Source: Myxococcota bacterium
GTDB taxonomy: Bacteria; Myxococcota_A; Polyangia; HGW-17
Direction of reading: 5' to 3'
Length of the DNA: 63,862 bases
Assembly (NCBI GenBank): GCA_018821305.1
Contig: JAHJMN010000085.1
Span: 1 to 63,862, forward strand
The translations under genes and the position numbers were made by a program. Shown here in pieces: positions 48,832 through 59,222 of this stretch (position 1 is the stretch's first letter; every line of letters starts with the position of its first letter). Below the pieces are notes generated by a model. The model saw only the letters and a program-made list of their open reading frames with translations. It was not told the origin of the DNA and searched no databases.

Positions 48832-50414
48832 ATCTCAAAATCCTGATTGTTGAAGATAAAGTTATCTATACATTCACATCAGGACGAAATCTTTTAAAGT
48901 ATACTAATACTTACAATCCGGAATCTATTAATAAAATACTTAATAGATTCAGATATTTATTTTATAACGCTATTGAGGGGAATGTTGAAAACCTTTCCCT
49001 TGAATTAAAAAGTGCTGCTTCCGAACTTACTGCTACACTGATCCCCCGCGACCTTGCTCACGAACTTGAACAGGCTGGAGGAACTCTGATCCTTGAAATG
49101 GAAGAGCCCCTTTTTTCAATTCCCTGGGAACTGTTGATAACAGGAAACAGACACCTTTTTGATCAGTTTGACATATCAAGGGTCCTGATCTCGACAGAAA
49201 AAGTCACTGAGTCACTTATTTCAACACCGGCCAATCTGGATATTGCAACCATAATTGTCAGCGATCCATCGGAGAACCTTCCTTCTTCAATTGAGGAAGG
49301 AACTCGTGTACTCTCTTTACTTGAAAAAATTCCTGACATTTCATGCAGATTGATTGTAAATCCTTCAAAGGACAAAGCTTCTGAGCTAATTCGTCAGAGT
49401 CGGATATTTCATTATATCGGCCATGGAGATTTTGTAGATGACCCGGGTTGGCGTTTCAGCGATGGGGTCTTTACGGATGCTGATATTAAAAATCTCGCTA
49501 TCCACAGTAAACTTCCTTCATTTGTTTTTTCTAATTCATGTCCCCCAAGGAAATCGGAGAACTACTCGAAATTGTACAGCATTCCGCTTTCTTTTATAAA
49601 AGGAGGATGCGGAGTTTTCATTGGTTCTCACTGGGATTTAAAAGACGCGGAAGCTACGGAATTCAGTTATTCCTTCTATACTGAACTTGCTCGCGGAAAG
49701 TCCGTCGCATCTGCCTTCCAGTCAGCAAAGAATCAACTTCGCATCACAAGCCGCAGTGACAGCATTGCATGGGCAACATATTTCATAACCGGTGATGCAG
49801 AGTTATGTCTTGTGCAAAACACCTACGATTCCAATGATTTCATCAGCCATCGTGGAGATCTCCCTGCTAAAAAGGGATATGATAATATTCAGAATAAGTT
49901 ACGATATTATGACCAACTTTGGGTAGAAGAATCTAAAAGCAATAAATTTCTCAGGAAGTATTCAGGATATGCTCTACTTTTATTTATACTTGTTGGTAGT
50001 TTTGTAATATTTATGCATTTTTATTCCAGAAATTTGCCACTGAGGGTAGTTGTTGACAAACCACAGAATATTCTTGAACAGAATAGGAAAATTGACTTTA
50101 TAGGCCTGCACCCGAAGCATCAATTGCACGAAGTAATGCTCGAAAAAACGGAGTTATGCTTCATTCGCCACCTTACATCCCTTCACAAAGGTAAACTTTT
50201 CGATCGCCGTGAGGCAAACGAACCTGAAAGTGACAGTTATTTCCGTGTCTCCGGCAAATTGGTCACTGAAGGAGATCAATCACGAATTTTAATTATTGTA
50301 CATCGCACAAAGGATAGAGCTGTTCTTTATGCTGATGATTTTGTTCTGAATCCATCTGATGAATTTCCCTGCCTGAAACTCGCTGACTGGTTTAAGAAAA
50401 ATTATGGTTTCTGA
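48828..50414 (+). CDS. CHAT-domain (caspase-like) protease with one TM helix and C-terminal extracytoplasmic(?) domain
   Basis: Catalytic dyad context FHYIGHG (His) and FVFSNSC (Cys) typical of CHAT/caspase fold; TM helix YALLLFILVGSFVIFMHF; about 150-aa C-terminal domain. Confidence 0.75.
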   Translation: MNLKILIVEDKVIYTFTSGRNLLKYTNTYNPESINKILNRFRYLFYNAIEGNVENLSLELKSAASELTATLIPRDLAHELEQAGGTLILEMEEPLFSIPWELLITGNRHLFDQFDISRVLISTEKVTESLISTPANLDIATIIVSDPSENLPSSIEEGTRVLSLLEKIPDISCRLIVNPSKDKASELIRQSRIFHYIGHGDFVDDPGWRFSDGVFTDADIKNLAIHSKLPSFVFSNSCPPRKSENYSKLYSIPLSFIKGGCGVFIGSHWDLKDAEATEFSYSFYTELARGKSVASAFQSAKNQLRITSRSDSIAWATYFITGDAELCLVQNTYDSNDFISHRGDLPAKKGYDNIQNKLRYYDQLWVEESKSNKFLRKYSGYALLLFILVGSFVIFMHFYSRNLPLRVVVDKPQNILEQNRKIDFIGLHPKHQLHEVMLEKTELCFIRHLTSLHKGKLFDRREANEPESDSYFRVSGKLVTEGDQSRILIIVHRTKDRAVLYADDFVLNPSDEFPCLKLADWFKKNYGF

Positions 50415-50494
50415 GATTTTCACTCCACTGTAATTTTCCACAATTTCAATATTTTCTGTTGATCTTTTCTCGCTAATAATCTAGTTTTTCAGCT

Positions 50495-51232
50495 GTGGAA
50501 ACGGATATGTCTGGCTTATCTATACTGCACCTGGAACACCTTGATTCTACTAATACTTTCTTAAAAAATCGTATTAAATGTGGTGATATTTCCATAAAAG
50601 CCGCCACGGCGGACATCCAAACAAGTGGTCGTGGAAGAGGTTTCAATCAATGGGTTTCATTGAGAGGGAACCTGCATCTTAGTGTCGCGGTTGAATACAC
50701 CTCAGATCCAATTCCTGTTGGCCCGTGGTGTACGAAGATTGCTCATGCAGTTATTTCAGAAAAGTTCGGAATCAAACCGCAAATAAAGTGGCCCAATGAT
50801 CTTTTATATGACAATACGAAAATTGCTGGTTTTCTTCTCGAAATGGTCAGTTCCCCCTGTGGACGCAAATTCGTCATTTGTGGTTTTGGTTTGAATTTAA
50901 CCAAAGTTCCTACGCCCGATTCATCGTTCCATTACAAACCTGGATGCATTGCGGATTTTTCCGATGTAAAAATATCACCCAGAATCATTGGCGAAGAATT
51001 AGCTGCCGGGTTTTTAAATTACAATGATTATATAAATAAAAATGACCTCCGATTATGGATAAGCGAAAACAGTGCCACAATTGGCACAAAAGTTCAGGTA
51101 ATTCTTCCGGGGAATCGAGTTATTACGGGAACAGCAACATCCCTTGGAGATGATTTCGCTCTTGAAGTTCAGACATTGGACTCAACTATTAAAATTACAG
51201 GTGGAGATCTTGTTCACCTCATGGAGAATTAA
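50495..51232 (+). CDS. birA: biotin--[acetyl-CoA-carboxylase] ligase, class I (no HTH)
   Basis: GRGRRG-type motif QTSGRGRGFNQW, KWPNDL motif, 245 aa; sits immediately upstream of biotin-dependent oad operon. Confidence 0.8.
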   Translation: METDMSGLSILHLEHLDSTNTFLKNRIKCGDISIKAATADIQTSGRGRGFNQWVSLRGNLHLSVAVEYTSDPIPVGPWCTKIAHAVISEKFGIKPQIKWPNDLLYDNTKIAGFLLEMVSSPCGRKFVICGFGLNLTKVPTPDSSFHYKPGCIADFSDVKISPRIIGEELAAGFLNYNDYINKNDLRLWISENSATIGTKVQVILPGNRVITGTATSLGDDFALEVQTLDSTIKITGGDLVHLMEN

Positions 51233-51234
51233 AA

Positions 51235-51501
51235 ATGCAGGAAGGTTTAACTATTACACTTTTCGGAATGGGCGTCGTATTTACAGTTCTGGCAATTATC
51301 TGGCTCTTTACACTTTTGCTGAGTAAGTTGGATCTTAAATTTGCTCCCGCTGTTGCAACCTCATCGACTGCTCCCGTCGCTAGTTCATCACCAGTTTTTT
51401 CAAAATCTGGACCCACCGATGAAGAATTGGCTGCGGCAAAAGCTGCTATTGCAGCTCAAACGGGAACATCCCCGGATCAATTTGATTTAATAGTAAAATA
51501 A
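51235..51501 (+). CDS. oadG: oxaloacetate decarboxylase gamma subunit
   Basis: 88 aa, N-terminal TM LTITLFGMGVVFTVLAIIW, Ala/Pro-rich linker, position in oadGAB operon. Confidence 0.7.
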   Translation: MQEGLTITLFGMGVVFTVLAIIWLFTLLLSKLDLKFAPAVATSSTAPVASSSPVFSKSGPTDEELAAAKAAIAAQTGTSPDQFDLIVK

Positions 51502-51523
51502 ATATCTTTAAGGAGTATATAAA

Positions 51524-53284
51524 ATGGTTAAAATTACAGAAACAATTCTACGGGATGCGCATCAGTCACTTATTGCAACAAGAATGAGAACTGAAGATAT
51601 GATTGGTGCCCTTGAACACCTTGATGCTGTTGGATATCACAGTCTGGAAGTTTGGGGGGGAGCTACTTTCGACAGTTGCCTTCGCTTTCTAAACGAAGAT
51701 CCGTGGGAGAGACTTCGGACAATTCGTAAGCACGTAAAAAAGACAAAACTTCAAATGCTGCTTCGTGGGCAGAATCTCGTTGGTTACAGGCATTATGCAG
51801 ACGATGTTGTAGAACGTTTTGTAAGTCTTGCAGCACAAAACGGAATAGATATTTTCCGCATTTTTGATGCCCTCAATGACATGAGAAATGTCGAGAAGGC
51901 TATTAAAGAAGTAAAAAAAGCAGGAAAACACGTTCAGGGCTGTATATCCTACACACTCAGTCCCGTTCATACTGAAGAAAAATTCATTCAATTTGCCATT
52001 GAATTAAAAAATGCCGGTTGTGATTCAATTGCTATTAAGGACATGGCGGGACTTATGGACCCTGCTGGGGCAACAAGCCTCGTAAGTGGACTCAAGAAAC
52101 AAGTGGGACTCCCTGTTCAGGTACATACTCACTGCACAAGCGGGCTTGCCATGCTGACTTACTTTGCTGCCGCACAAGCTGGCGCAGATGTCATGGACTG
52201 TGCACTTTCACCATTCAGCTGGGGAACGTCTCAACCCCCCACCGAAAGCATGGTTTTCGCCCTCAAAGGAACTGAATGGGATACAGGGATTGATACTGAC
52301 AAACTGTCCCCCGTCACAGCTCATTTTAAAGCAGTAAGGGAAAAATACAGCGCTCTAATCAACCCAATAAGTGAAAGACTCGATGTGGACGTACTTACTT
52401 ATCAGATTCCCGGCGGTATGCTTTCAAACCTTGTTAGCCAACTTGAGAAACAGAAAAAGCTTGATAAGTATGATGAAGTTCTTAAAGAACTTCCCCTTTG
52501 CCGAAAAGAATTAGGATATCCGCCCCTGGTTACGCCAACAAGTCAGATCGTCGGTACTCAGGCCGTTATGAATGTCATAGCTGGGGAACGTTATAAAATG
52601 ATTCCCAAGGAGACAAAAGAACTTGTCCGAGGAATGTACGGAAGAACTCCCGCCCCTATTTCAGATGAAATACGTAAAAAAATCATTGGAGATGAGCCCG
52701 TTATCACCGGAAGACCCGCAGACACTATTGAACCGGAACTTGCCAGTGTTGAAAAGCAATATGCTTCCATAATAAAAAAGCCGGAAGACGTTATTTCCCT
52801 TGCTCTTTATGGTGAAGTCGCCGCTAAATTCCTCCGTGGAGAAACTACAGCGGAACCAATTCCATCAAAAACAACTCCTGCAGCAAGTTCTGCACCTGCT
52901 ACGACACAGGCAGCAGCGCCTGTTGCAAACGCCGCCGCTAAAGGCTCCTGGGATGTGACAGTAAATGGAAAACAATTCAGAGTTGATGTTGTTCCGGCAG
53001 GTTCCGGGCCCGTTTCCGTTTCAAATCAGGGTTCTCAAGTAACACCGGCAGCTTCTGCACCGACAGGTACAGGAAAACCACTTCCCAGCCCCCTTCAAGG
53101 GACAATATTTAAACTGATTAAAAAACCTGGTGACACCGTTAAAGTCGGCGAAACTATTTTAATTCTGGAAGCCATGAAAATGGAGAATGAGATTTCCTCA
53201 CCATTTGACGGCGTAATTGAAGCCATCTTAGTCAAAGAAGGTCAGGCTGTCGAGGCAGACACTCATCTGGCTATTATTATTTGA
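51524..53284 (+). CDS. oadA: oxaloacetate decarboxylase alpha subunit / pyruvate carboxylase subunit B (carboxyltransferase plus biotinyl domain)
   Basis: TIM-barrel carboxyltransferase motifs (ITETILRDAHQSL, VHTHCTSG), Ala/Pro linker, C-terminal biotin attachment EAMKMEN. Confidence 0.9.
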   Translation: MVKITETILRDAHQSLIATRMRTEDMIGALEHLDAVGYHSLEVWGGATFDSCLRFLNEDPWERLRTIRKHVKKTKLQMLLRGQNLVGYRHYADDVVERFVSLAAQNGIDIFRIFDALNDMRNVEKAIKEVKKAGKHVQGCISYTLSPVHTEEKFIQFAIELKNAGCDSIAIKDMAGLMDPAGATSLVSGLKKQVGLPVQVHTHCTSGLAMLTYFAAAQAGADVMDCALSPFSWGTSQPPTESMVFALKGTEWDTGIDTDKLSPVTAHFKAVREKYSALINPISERLDVDVLTYQIPGGMLSNLVSQLEKQKKLDKYDEVLKELPLCRKELGYPPLVTPTSQIVGTQAVMNVIAGERYKMIPKETKELVRGMYGRTPAPISDEIRKKIIGDEPVITGRPADTIEPELASVEKQYASIIKKPEDVISLALYGEVAAKFLRGETTAEPIPSKTTPAASSAPATTQAAAPVANAAAKGSWDVTVNGKQFRVDVVPAGSGPVSVSNQGSQVTPAASAPTGTGKPLPSPLQGTIFKLIKKPGDTVKVGETILILEAMKMENEISSPFDGVIEAILVKEGQAVEADTHLAIII

Positions 53285-53299
53285 CAGAAAGGTCAACAC

Positions 53300-54466
53300 A
53301 TGAAGGGCTTCGAACAAATCATAAGTACACTCGGTGTTACAAATATAACCGCAGGTCAGATTCTGATGCTGATTGTCGGCGTGACGTTGCTTTACCTGGG
53401 CATCAAGCGAGGATTTGAACCGCTTTTACTCATCCCAATTGCAATGGGTGTTATTCTGGCTAATGCTCCATTAGCAGATGTAATGGCTCACCCCGATCTC
53501 AACAATCCTCTTATTCCGAGCAAAATATCTGACTGGGGAGTTGTTTATGTTGTGTATTTCTGGGGGATAAAATCCGGACTCTTTCCCCTGCTGATCTTCA
53601 TGGGCGTTGGAGCGCTCACGGATTTCGGCCCTCTAATCGCCAACCCCAAAACATTATTTCTCGGGGCCGCGGCGCAATTTGGAATTTTTGCTACCCTTTT
53701 AGGTGCTTTAGCACTCGGGTTTACCCTTCCTGAAGCCGCCAGTATCGGCATTATTGGAGGAGCGGATGGTCCAACTGCAATTTTCACCACGACGAAACTT
53801 GCTCCTCATCTTTTAGGGCCCATTGCCGTTGCCGCATACAGTTATATGGCGCTTGTTCCACTTATCCAGCCACCAATTATGCGGTTTCTGACAACGGAAA
53901 AAGAACGTCGCGTTCGAATGGAACAACTTCAGCCCGTTTCTAAAAGAGCAAAAATCATTTTCCCTATTCTTGTTACAATGATAACAATTTTCCTGATCCC
54001 CAGTGCAGTTCCTCTCATCGGGATGCTTATGTTTGGAAATCTGCTTAAAGAATGTGGCGTTGTTGAAAGACTTTCAAAAACTGCTGCCAATGAACTGATT
54101 AATATCGTTACTATATTGCTCGGCATTTGTGTCGGTGCGACAATGGATGCTGCCACATTCCTTAAAGTCTCTACAATTAAAATTGTTCTGCTGGGACTTG
54201 CGGCATTTTCCGTAGCTACGGCAGCGGGTATATTTTTTGGAAAAATCATGTACGTACTTTCCGGTGGAAAAATCAATCCACTCATTGGAAGTGCCGGAGT
54301 AAGTGCCGTCCCCATGGCCGCCCGAGTTTCACAGAGAGTTGGACGTGAATCTGATCCCAATAACTACCTTCTCATGCACGCCATGGGTCCCAACGTTTCC
54401 GGTGTAATTGGAAGTGCAATTGCTGCCGGCGTTTTAATTGCAATGGTAGCAAAAGTAGCGGTCTAG
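53300..54466 (+). CDS. oadB: oxaloacetate decarboxylase beta subunit (Na+ pump)
   Basis: About 9 TM helices, conserved [13 protein letters not shown] and Asp/Ser Na+-site motifs of OadB/GcdB/MmdB family. Confidence 0.85.
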   Translation: MKGFEQIISTLGVTNITAGQILMLIVGVTLLYLGIKRGFEPLLLIPIAMGVILANAPLADVMAHPDLNNPLIPSKISDWGVVYVVYFWGIKSGLFPLLIFMGVGALTDFGPLIANPKTLFLGAAAQFGIFATLLGALALGFTLPEAASIGIIGGADGPTAIFTTTKLAPHLLGPIAVAAYSYMALVPLIQPPIMRFLTTEKERRVRMEQLQPVSKRAKIIFPILVTMITIFLIPSAVPLIGMLMFGNLLKECGVVERLSKTAANELINIVTILLGICVGATMDAATFLKVSTIKIVLLGLAAFSVATAAGIFFGKIMYVLSGGKINPLIGSAGVSAVPMAARVSQRVGRESDPNNYLLMHAMGPNVSGVIGSAIAAGVLIAMVAKVAV

Positions 54467-54500
54467 TTAGTTACTGTCCTCTAATACATTCCACTTGGCG
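54457..54500 (+). repeat. TIR-like agcggtctag overlapping the oadB stop, followed by S-module left arm ttagttactgtcctctaatac
   Basis: 10-nt match to the M right terminus ending in the TAG stop of oadB; ttactgtcct at 54471-54480. Confidence 0.45.
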
Positions 54501-54511
54501 GAATTGCGTAA

Positions 54512-55084
54512 ATGAAAAAACTAATACTTGCATCATCCAGTCGGTACAAGAGAATGCTCCTTGAGTCCCTGAGCATTGAGTTCAGCGTCTTTTCCCCTGA
54601 TGTAGATGAATCATTGCTTTCGGGCGAAGCACCACTGGAATACGTAAAAAGACTGTCTGAATCGAAAGCTCGCAAAGTGCTGGAGGCCTTTCCTGAAGCA
54701 ATCTGCATCGGTGCGGACCAATGCGTAGCTCTCGAAGGACTAATTCTTGGGAAAGCTCCGGATTTTACTTCCTGTCATGCTCAACTTATGAATATGCAGG
54801 GAAAAACTCATGAGCTTCTTACAGGAATATGTGTTACTTCTCAGGACTTTCTTAAAACAGATGTTGAAATCCATCAGATGAGAATGCGTAAATTGAATTC
54901 TGAGGCCATAAAACGCTATATTGAACGAGAAAATCCATTTGATTGCGCCGGAAGTTATAAAATTGAAGGCCTTGGCATTTCACTTTTTGAGAAAATTGAC
55001 GGTAACGACCCCCGGGCGATTATCGGCCTCCCACTCATTAAACTGGTTTCAATCCTGTCAGAAATCGGAATTGATATTCCCTGA
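54512..55084 (+). CDS. maf: Maf-like nucleoside triphosphate pyrophosphatase
   Basis: LILASSSRYKRMLL, SPDVDE, GADQ motifs of the Maf/Ham1 family; 190 aa. Confidence 0.85.
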   Translation: MKKLILASSSRYKRMLLESLSIEFSVFSPDVDESLLSGEAPLEYVKRLSESKARKVLEAFPEAICIGADQCVALEGLILGKAPDFTSCHAQLMNMQGKTHELLTGICVTSQDFLKTDVEIHQMRMRKLNSEAIKRYIERENPFDCAGSYKIEGLGISLFEKIDGNDPRAIIGLPLIKLVSILSEIGIDIP

Positions 55085-55088
55085 AGTT

Positions 55089-56513
55089 TTAAAACTGGAA
55101 ATAAATAAAGGGGACAACCTGTGAAGATGTCATTTTCTGCAGTAAGATTGCAAAGCCAAACAACGCAATGGTCTGAACAGCAATGGACGACTTCATGTAT
55201 AAATTCTCCAGAATTACTAAAATACGTAAGGGCAGGAAATTAACAGCGTAAGCACCGAAAATAAGAGTCAGAACTGTCCATGGAAGATTTGCATGAGAAA
55301 AGGTCAGATCCCCCAGCCTTGCGAAAAGTGATAGTGCCTGGGTGAAACTCGATGCTCTGAAAAACACAAATGCTGCAACAACAAACTGAAGTGTAAACAC
55401 AACCCCACCAATTTTAATCAACATATTCGTGGATTTAGCTTGATTATCACGTATTCCCATTGCCCGGGTCAGTGCAAGTCCAAATCCATGCAGACCTCCC
55501 CATACCACAAATTTCCAGGCACTGCCATGCCATAGTCCGCCTAAAAGCATCGTGATCATTAAATTGAGATAAGTAAGAGCCGGAAGCCTGGTTTTCGAAC
55601 CGCCAAGGGGAATATACAAGTAGTCTCTGAGCCATGTACTCAAACTTATGTGCCATCGGTGCCAGAATTCACTCAGGTTTGAAGCTCTGAATGGTTGATT
55701 AAAGTTTTCAGTAAGATTGAAACCAAGTAAAAGTGCTGCACCGATAGCAACATCACTGTAACCGGAGAAATCACAGTATATCTGTGCAGTGTAACCGTAA
55801 AGGCCAACTAAAATCTCCAGAGATGACATCATTTCGGAAGCATTGAAAACCCTGTCCACAAGATTTATTGCAATAAAATCAGCCGTGACTTTCTTAAAAA
55901 GGCCAATCATAATAAGAATAACGCCTCTAGCATATAGTGCATCAGAGAGCAGAGGGCGTTGATTTATCTGAGGTAAAAAATCCGAAGCACGTACAATTGG
56001 CCCCGCCACGAGCTGCGGAAAAAAACTTACATAAAAAGTATAATTTAGAAGACTGCGCTCCGGAGCAATTTTGCCACGAAAGACATCTATTGTGTAACTC
56101 ATGGTCTGAAAAGTATAAAAAGAGATACCCACCGGGAGTGTTATTTTACTTAAAAAAGCTATTTCGGGAGAAAAATGTACTCCAAAAACAGAAAAAACGG
56201 TTTCAATGCTCGACTTAGCGAATAAGGCATACTTGAATATAACTAAAACGCTGAGGGATGTAATTACACTTACGCCAAGCCAGAACTTCCTACGGGAAAG
56301 AGTTGTTTTTCGATGAAGTCGGTTGGCACTTTCCCAGGACACCCAGGTGGTTAAAAGAATCAAAGGCAAATACCATGGATTCCACATTCCGTAGAAAAAC
56401 AATGAACTGATTGTTAGAAAAAAAGTCCTGAATCGAAGGGCGTTTACTGCCATCCATGCGACGGAAAAAACAATAAAGAAAAAGATGGCAAAGGAGATAC
56501 TGTTAAAAAACAT
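55089..56513 (-). CDS. MBOAT-family membrane O-acyltransferase (AlgI/DltB-like)
   Basis: Multi-TM; conserved His in WHRWHISLSTWLRDYLYIPLGG; 474 aa. Confidence 0.85.
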   Translation of the reverse strand: MFFNSISFAIFFFIVFSVAWMAVNALRFRTFFLTISSLFFYGMWNPWYLPLILLTTWVSWESANRLHRKTTLSRRKFWLGVSVITSLSVLVIFKYALFAKSSIETVFSVFGVHFSPEIAFLSKITLPVGISFYTFQTMSYTIDVFRGKIAPERSLLNYTFYVSFFPQLVAGPIVRASDFLPQINQRPLLSDALYARGVILIMIGLFKKVTADFIAINLVDRVFNASEMMSSLEILVGLYGYTAQIYCDFSGYSDVAIGAALLLGFNLTENFNQPFRASNLSEFWHRWHISLSTWLRDYLYIPLGGSKTRLPALTYLNLMITMLLGGLWHGSAWKFVVWGGLHGFGLALTRAMGIRDNQAKSTNMLIKIGGVVFTLQFVVAAFVFFRASSFTQALSLFARLGDLTFSHANLPWTVLTLIFGAYAVNFLPLRILVILENLYMKSSIAVQTIALFGFAILLQKMTSSQVVPFIYFQF

Positions 56514-57982
56514 CAGTGACTCCCCTGACCTTTCAAGTATCTTCTATATGCTTTGATAACTTCCAGATAGATAATACTTCCTAAAAGTGCGCCCCCGTCA
56601 TCAGTAAAATGTGTCAGATCGCCTACGGCAAGCCGTGGTTTTCGTTCATACCATTTAACAATTGATGCATTTCCCCCCATCGCCTTCCAAGCATTGAAGT
56701 AAGCACAACCATAGTTCGTGGCAATTTCTCGTTGAAATTCAATAATATGATGTATTACAGGTTTTGTCTGATACTCGCCACGGTACTTTCTAACAACATC
56801 CGTTGGCCCAATTATTAGACAGCTCATTTTTTCAAACCTGGAAGAAATACTTGCCATGAGTTTTCGCACGGTATTTTTATAATTATCGTCAATACCGCCG
56901 TCACTTTCATTCAGCCCAAACTGCATTACCATCAGTCTGGTTCCTCGCTTATCAAGGTTCCCAAGCATACTTTCAGTCTTCATGGTGGCGAGATTACTCA
57001 TTCTCGCCCCCGTAAGAGATATCGTATCAACCGAAACCCCGGGGGAATTATTTGAAAGTACGGCGCCCCCGGCCTGAACAAATCCACCCAACGTTTCCAC
57101 TGTGATTATATCCGTTTCAAATCCATCAACTCTAACATAATCTTCCTTTGAGGATTTTCCTGCGGTGGAAATTGTCTTAAGTACGCGGTCTCGAATCCGA
57201 ATAGAAACATCCCCTCCTTCTGGGTGCCTGATAAAATGAAAAACGATGGAATTAAAGGGTTTTTTATAATTTTCGCGTAATTTCCATGTTGTCATCCCAC
57301 CCATTCCGGTCTTTTCCACAAGTATGCCACCCAAGCCAAACATTCGATGGTTTACAGGATTTTTAAGAATATTGTATGTAACATTCCAATAATTATAAGA
57401 TAAATATAACTGGCTATGAGTCTGCCAATGCCAGATATTTTTAATAAAAACGAAACCGGGGCCAGAATCACCAAACTTTTTCTGGATTCTATCTCTGAAT
57501 GTAGAAATGACTTTATCACCAGAAGTAATGGAGTCGCCATACCAGGTTACAACCGACTGTTTCCCTGACTTTATTTTGTCAAGACTTTCAAAAAACGAGT
57601 CCAGAGCCCATTTCTTACATCCCGGACCTTCTTTAACGCATGGAATTTCGAAGATCCTGCTAATTTCCGGCTTCATCAACTGACCTTTTTCAATATAGGG
57701 CAGGTTTCTTTTCATTGTTTTTACAGGAGATACCGCTTTTTCCACGGAAGTATCATTCTCGAGACTTTTCTCTACATCTTCAATCTCGCTCGTCACTTTC
57801 TCGGGCTCCGGAGGCATTTCTGAATAAACCTTCATGTTCCTGTCGCGAGTGACTCTCTTGTAGAAAATTTTGACGGAAGGAAAAAGAGACCATTTAACTG
57901 GAAGAAAACCCAAAACAACGACACTGATAATCAATATAGAGAAGACAATAAATGGTTTTGCAGGAAAAGATTGAAAAGACAT
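56513..57982 (-). CDS. membrane-anchored SGNH-fold partner of the MBOAT (AlgJ/AlgX/DltD-like)
   Basis: N-terminal TM; SGNH block I WYGDSITSG; 1-bp start/stop overlap with the MBOAT gene. Confidence 0.6.
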   Translation of the reverse strand: MSFQSFPAKPFIVFSILIISVVVLGFLPVKWSLFPSVKIFYKRVTRDRNMKVYSEMPPEPEKVTSEIEDVEKSLENDTSVEKAVSPVKTMKRNLPYIEKGQLMKPEISRIFEIPCVKEGPGCKKWALDSFFESLDKIKSGKQSVVTWYGDSITSGDKVISTFRDRIQKKFGDSGPGFVFIKNIWHWQTHSQLYLSYNYWNVTYNILKNPVNHRMFGLGGILVEKTGMGGMTTWKLRENYKKPFNSIVFHFIRHPEGGDVSIRIRDRVLKTISTAGKSSKEDYVRVDGFETDIITVETLGGFVQAGGAVLSNNSPGVSVDTISLTGARMSNLATMKTESMLGNLDKRGTRLMVMQFGLNESDGGIDDNYKNTVRKLMASISSRFEKMSCLIIGPTDVVRKYRGEYQTKPVIHHIIEFQREIATNYGCAYFNAWKAMGGNASIVKWYERKPRLAVGDLTHFTDDGGALLGSIIYLEVIKAYRRYLKGQGSH

Positions 57983-58417
57983 GTTCAGATATAGTAAACC
58001 AACGGTTAAAGTCGCTCAGAGACTAAATCATTTAAATGCCATGGTAAAGAAATAAAAATCAAGCAATCATTTTTATTTATCCCTTTTACATTCATTGTGT
58101 TAATCGCCTTTTGGGGAAAAATATTCCCCCATAAAAAAGAACTGACTAGTAAATTGTTGGAAAAACAATATTAGAACACTAAGAATAATACCCAGTACTT
58201 TTTCCAGAGAAATTCTCTTGAATTCCTTTGGATACCGCTGATTCGGTGGATAACCATGTCAATTTTATATTAAATATACGTCGCAAAAACAAGAAAATGC
58301 TTGATAACAACAAGGGGCCTGATTAAAATGATTTGGAGCTGAGATTTCTTTTGAGAAAATTTTTGAATCAATTTTTAACACCTCCGTCATCTGACATCAG
58401 TTGACAAGGATGGTTTC

Positions 58418-59209
58418 ATGAAAAATATTTTTTTTATCACATCATTTTTCTTATTTTCCACAATGTTTCCCTCTCGCTCGTCTGCGGACAGTGTTGACGT
58501 ACTTATAAACACTTTAAAAACCAGCGACAACTATAAAGTAAGGGTTACGGCAGCTATGCTCTTATCCCGACATAAAGGGATACCCAAAGCATTCAGCGCA
58601 CTTGTATATGCTCTCAATAATGACAAACATCCTACAGTTCAGGGAACAGCAGCTATGTCTCTTGGAAAACTCGGAAACAAATCTGCCATCCCCTTTCTTC
58701 AGACCGCCTCTAAAAAAGGTAACAGTTACGTGCGCAAAATGGCAAAAGATGCCATAAAATTGCTCGAAAACGATTGTCCTCCTGTTGAATTAAAAGGAAA
58801 ACAGATTTACCTCAATATTGGGTCATTCAGTGTGTCCGGGTATAAAAGCTCTCAGGCAAAAATTCTGGAGTCCCTTAGAAGTCAATTTACTTCAGAATTT
58901 GAAAAAGTTTCATATATCAGTCCCCGGTGGCCAAAGTGCAAAAAACCTTCTGACAAAGAGCTAAAAAGCAAAAAAATGAAGGGCTTCATGCTTGATGGCA
59001 CTCTTATTATATCGCATTCAGGAGGTGAACTCAGTTGTCAACTTAAGGTTTTTTTGACAACTTACCCAAGAAAAGCCATAAAAATGATGACAAGTGCAAA
59101 TGCAGCGCTGACAGGAAATCTTGATACGTCAACGATTCAGCAGTGTTTTGAAGCTGCTGTTCCTGCGGTAGTTCCTAACGTTAAACGATTTCTTGCAAAC
59201 CAGTTGTGA
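58418..59209 (+). CDS. HEAT/PBS-lyase repeat lipoprotein
   Basis: Signal peptide; three HEAT-like repeats (YKVRVTAAMLLSRH, HPTVQGTAAMSLGKLG, SYVRKMAKDAIKLL). Confidence 0.6.
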   Translation: MKNIFFITSFFLFSTMFPSRSSADSVDVLINTLKTSDNYKVRVTAAMLLSRHKGIPKAFSALVYALNNDKHPTVQGTAAMSLGKLGNKSAIPFLQTASKKGNSYVRKMAKDAIKLLENDCPPVELKGKQIYLNIGSFSVSGYKSSQAKILESLRSQFTSEFEKVSYISPRWPKCKKPSDKELKSKKMKGFMLDGTLIISHSGGELSCQLKVFLTTYPRKAIKMMTSANAALTGNLDTSTIQQCFEAAVPAVVPNVKRFLANQL

Positions 59210-59222
59210 TATTGAGGTTAAA

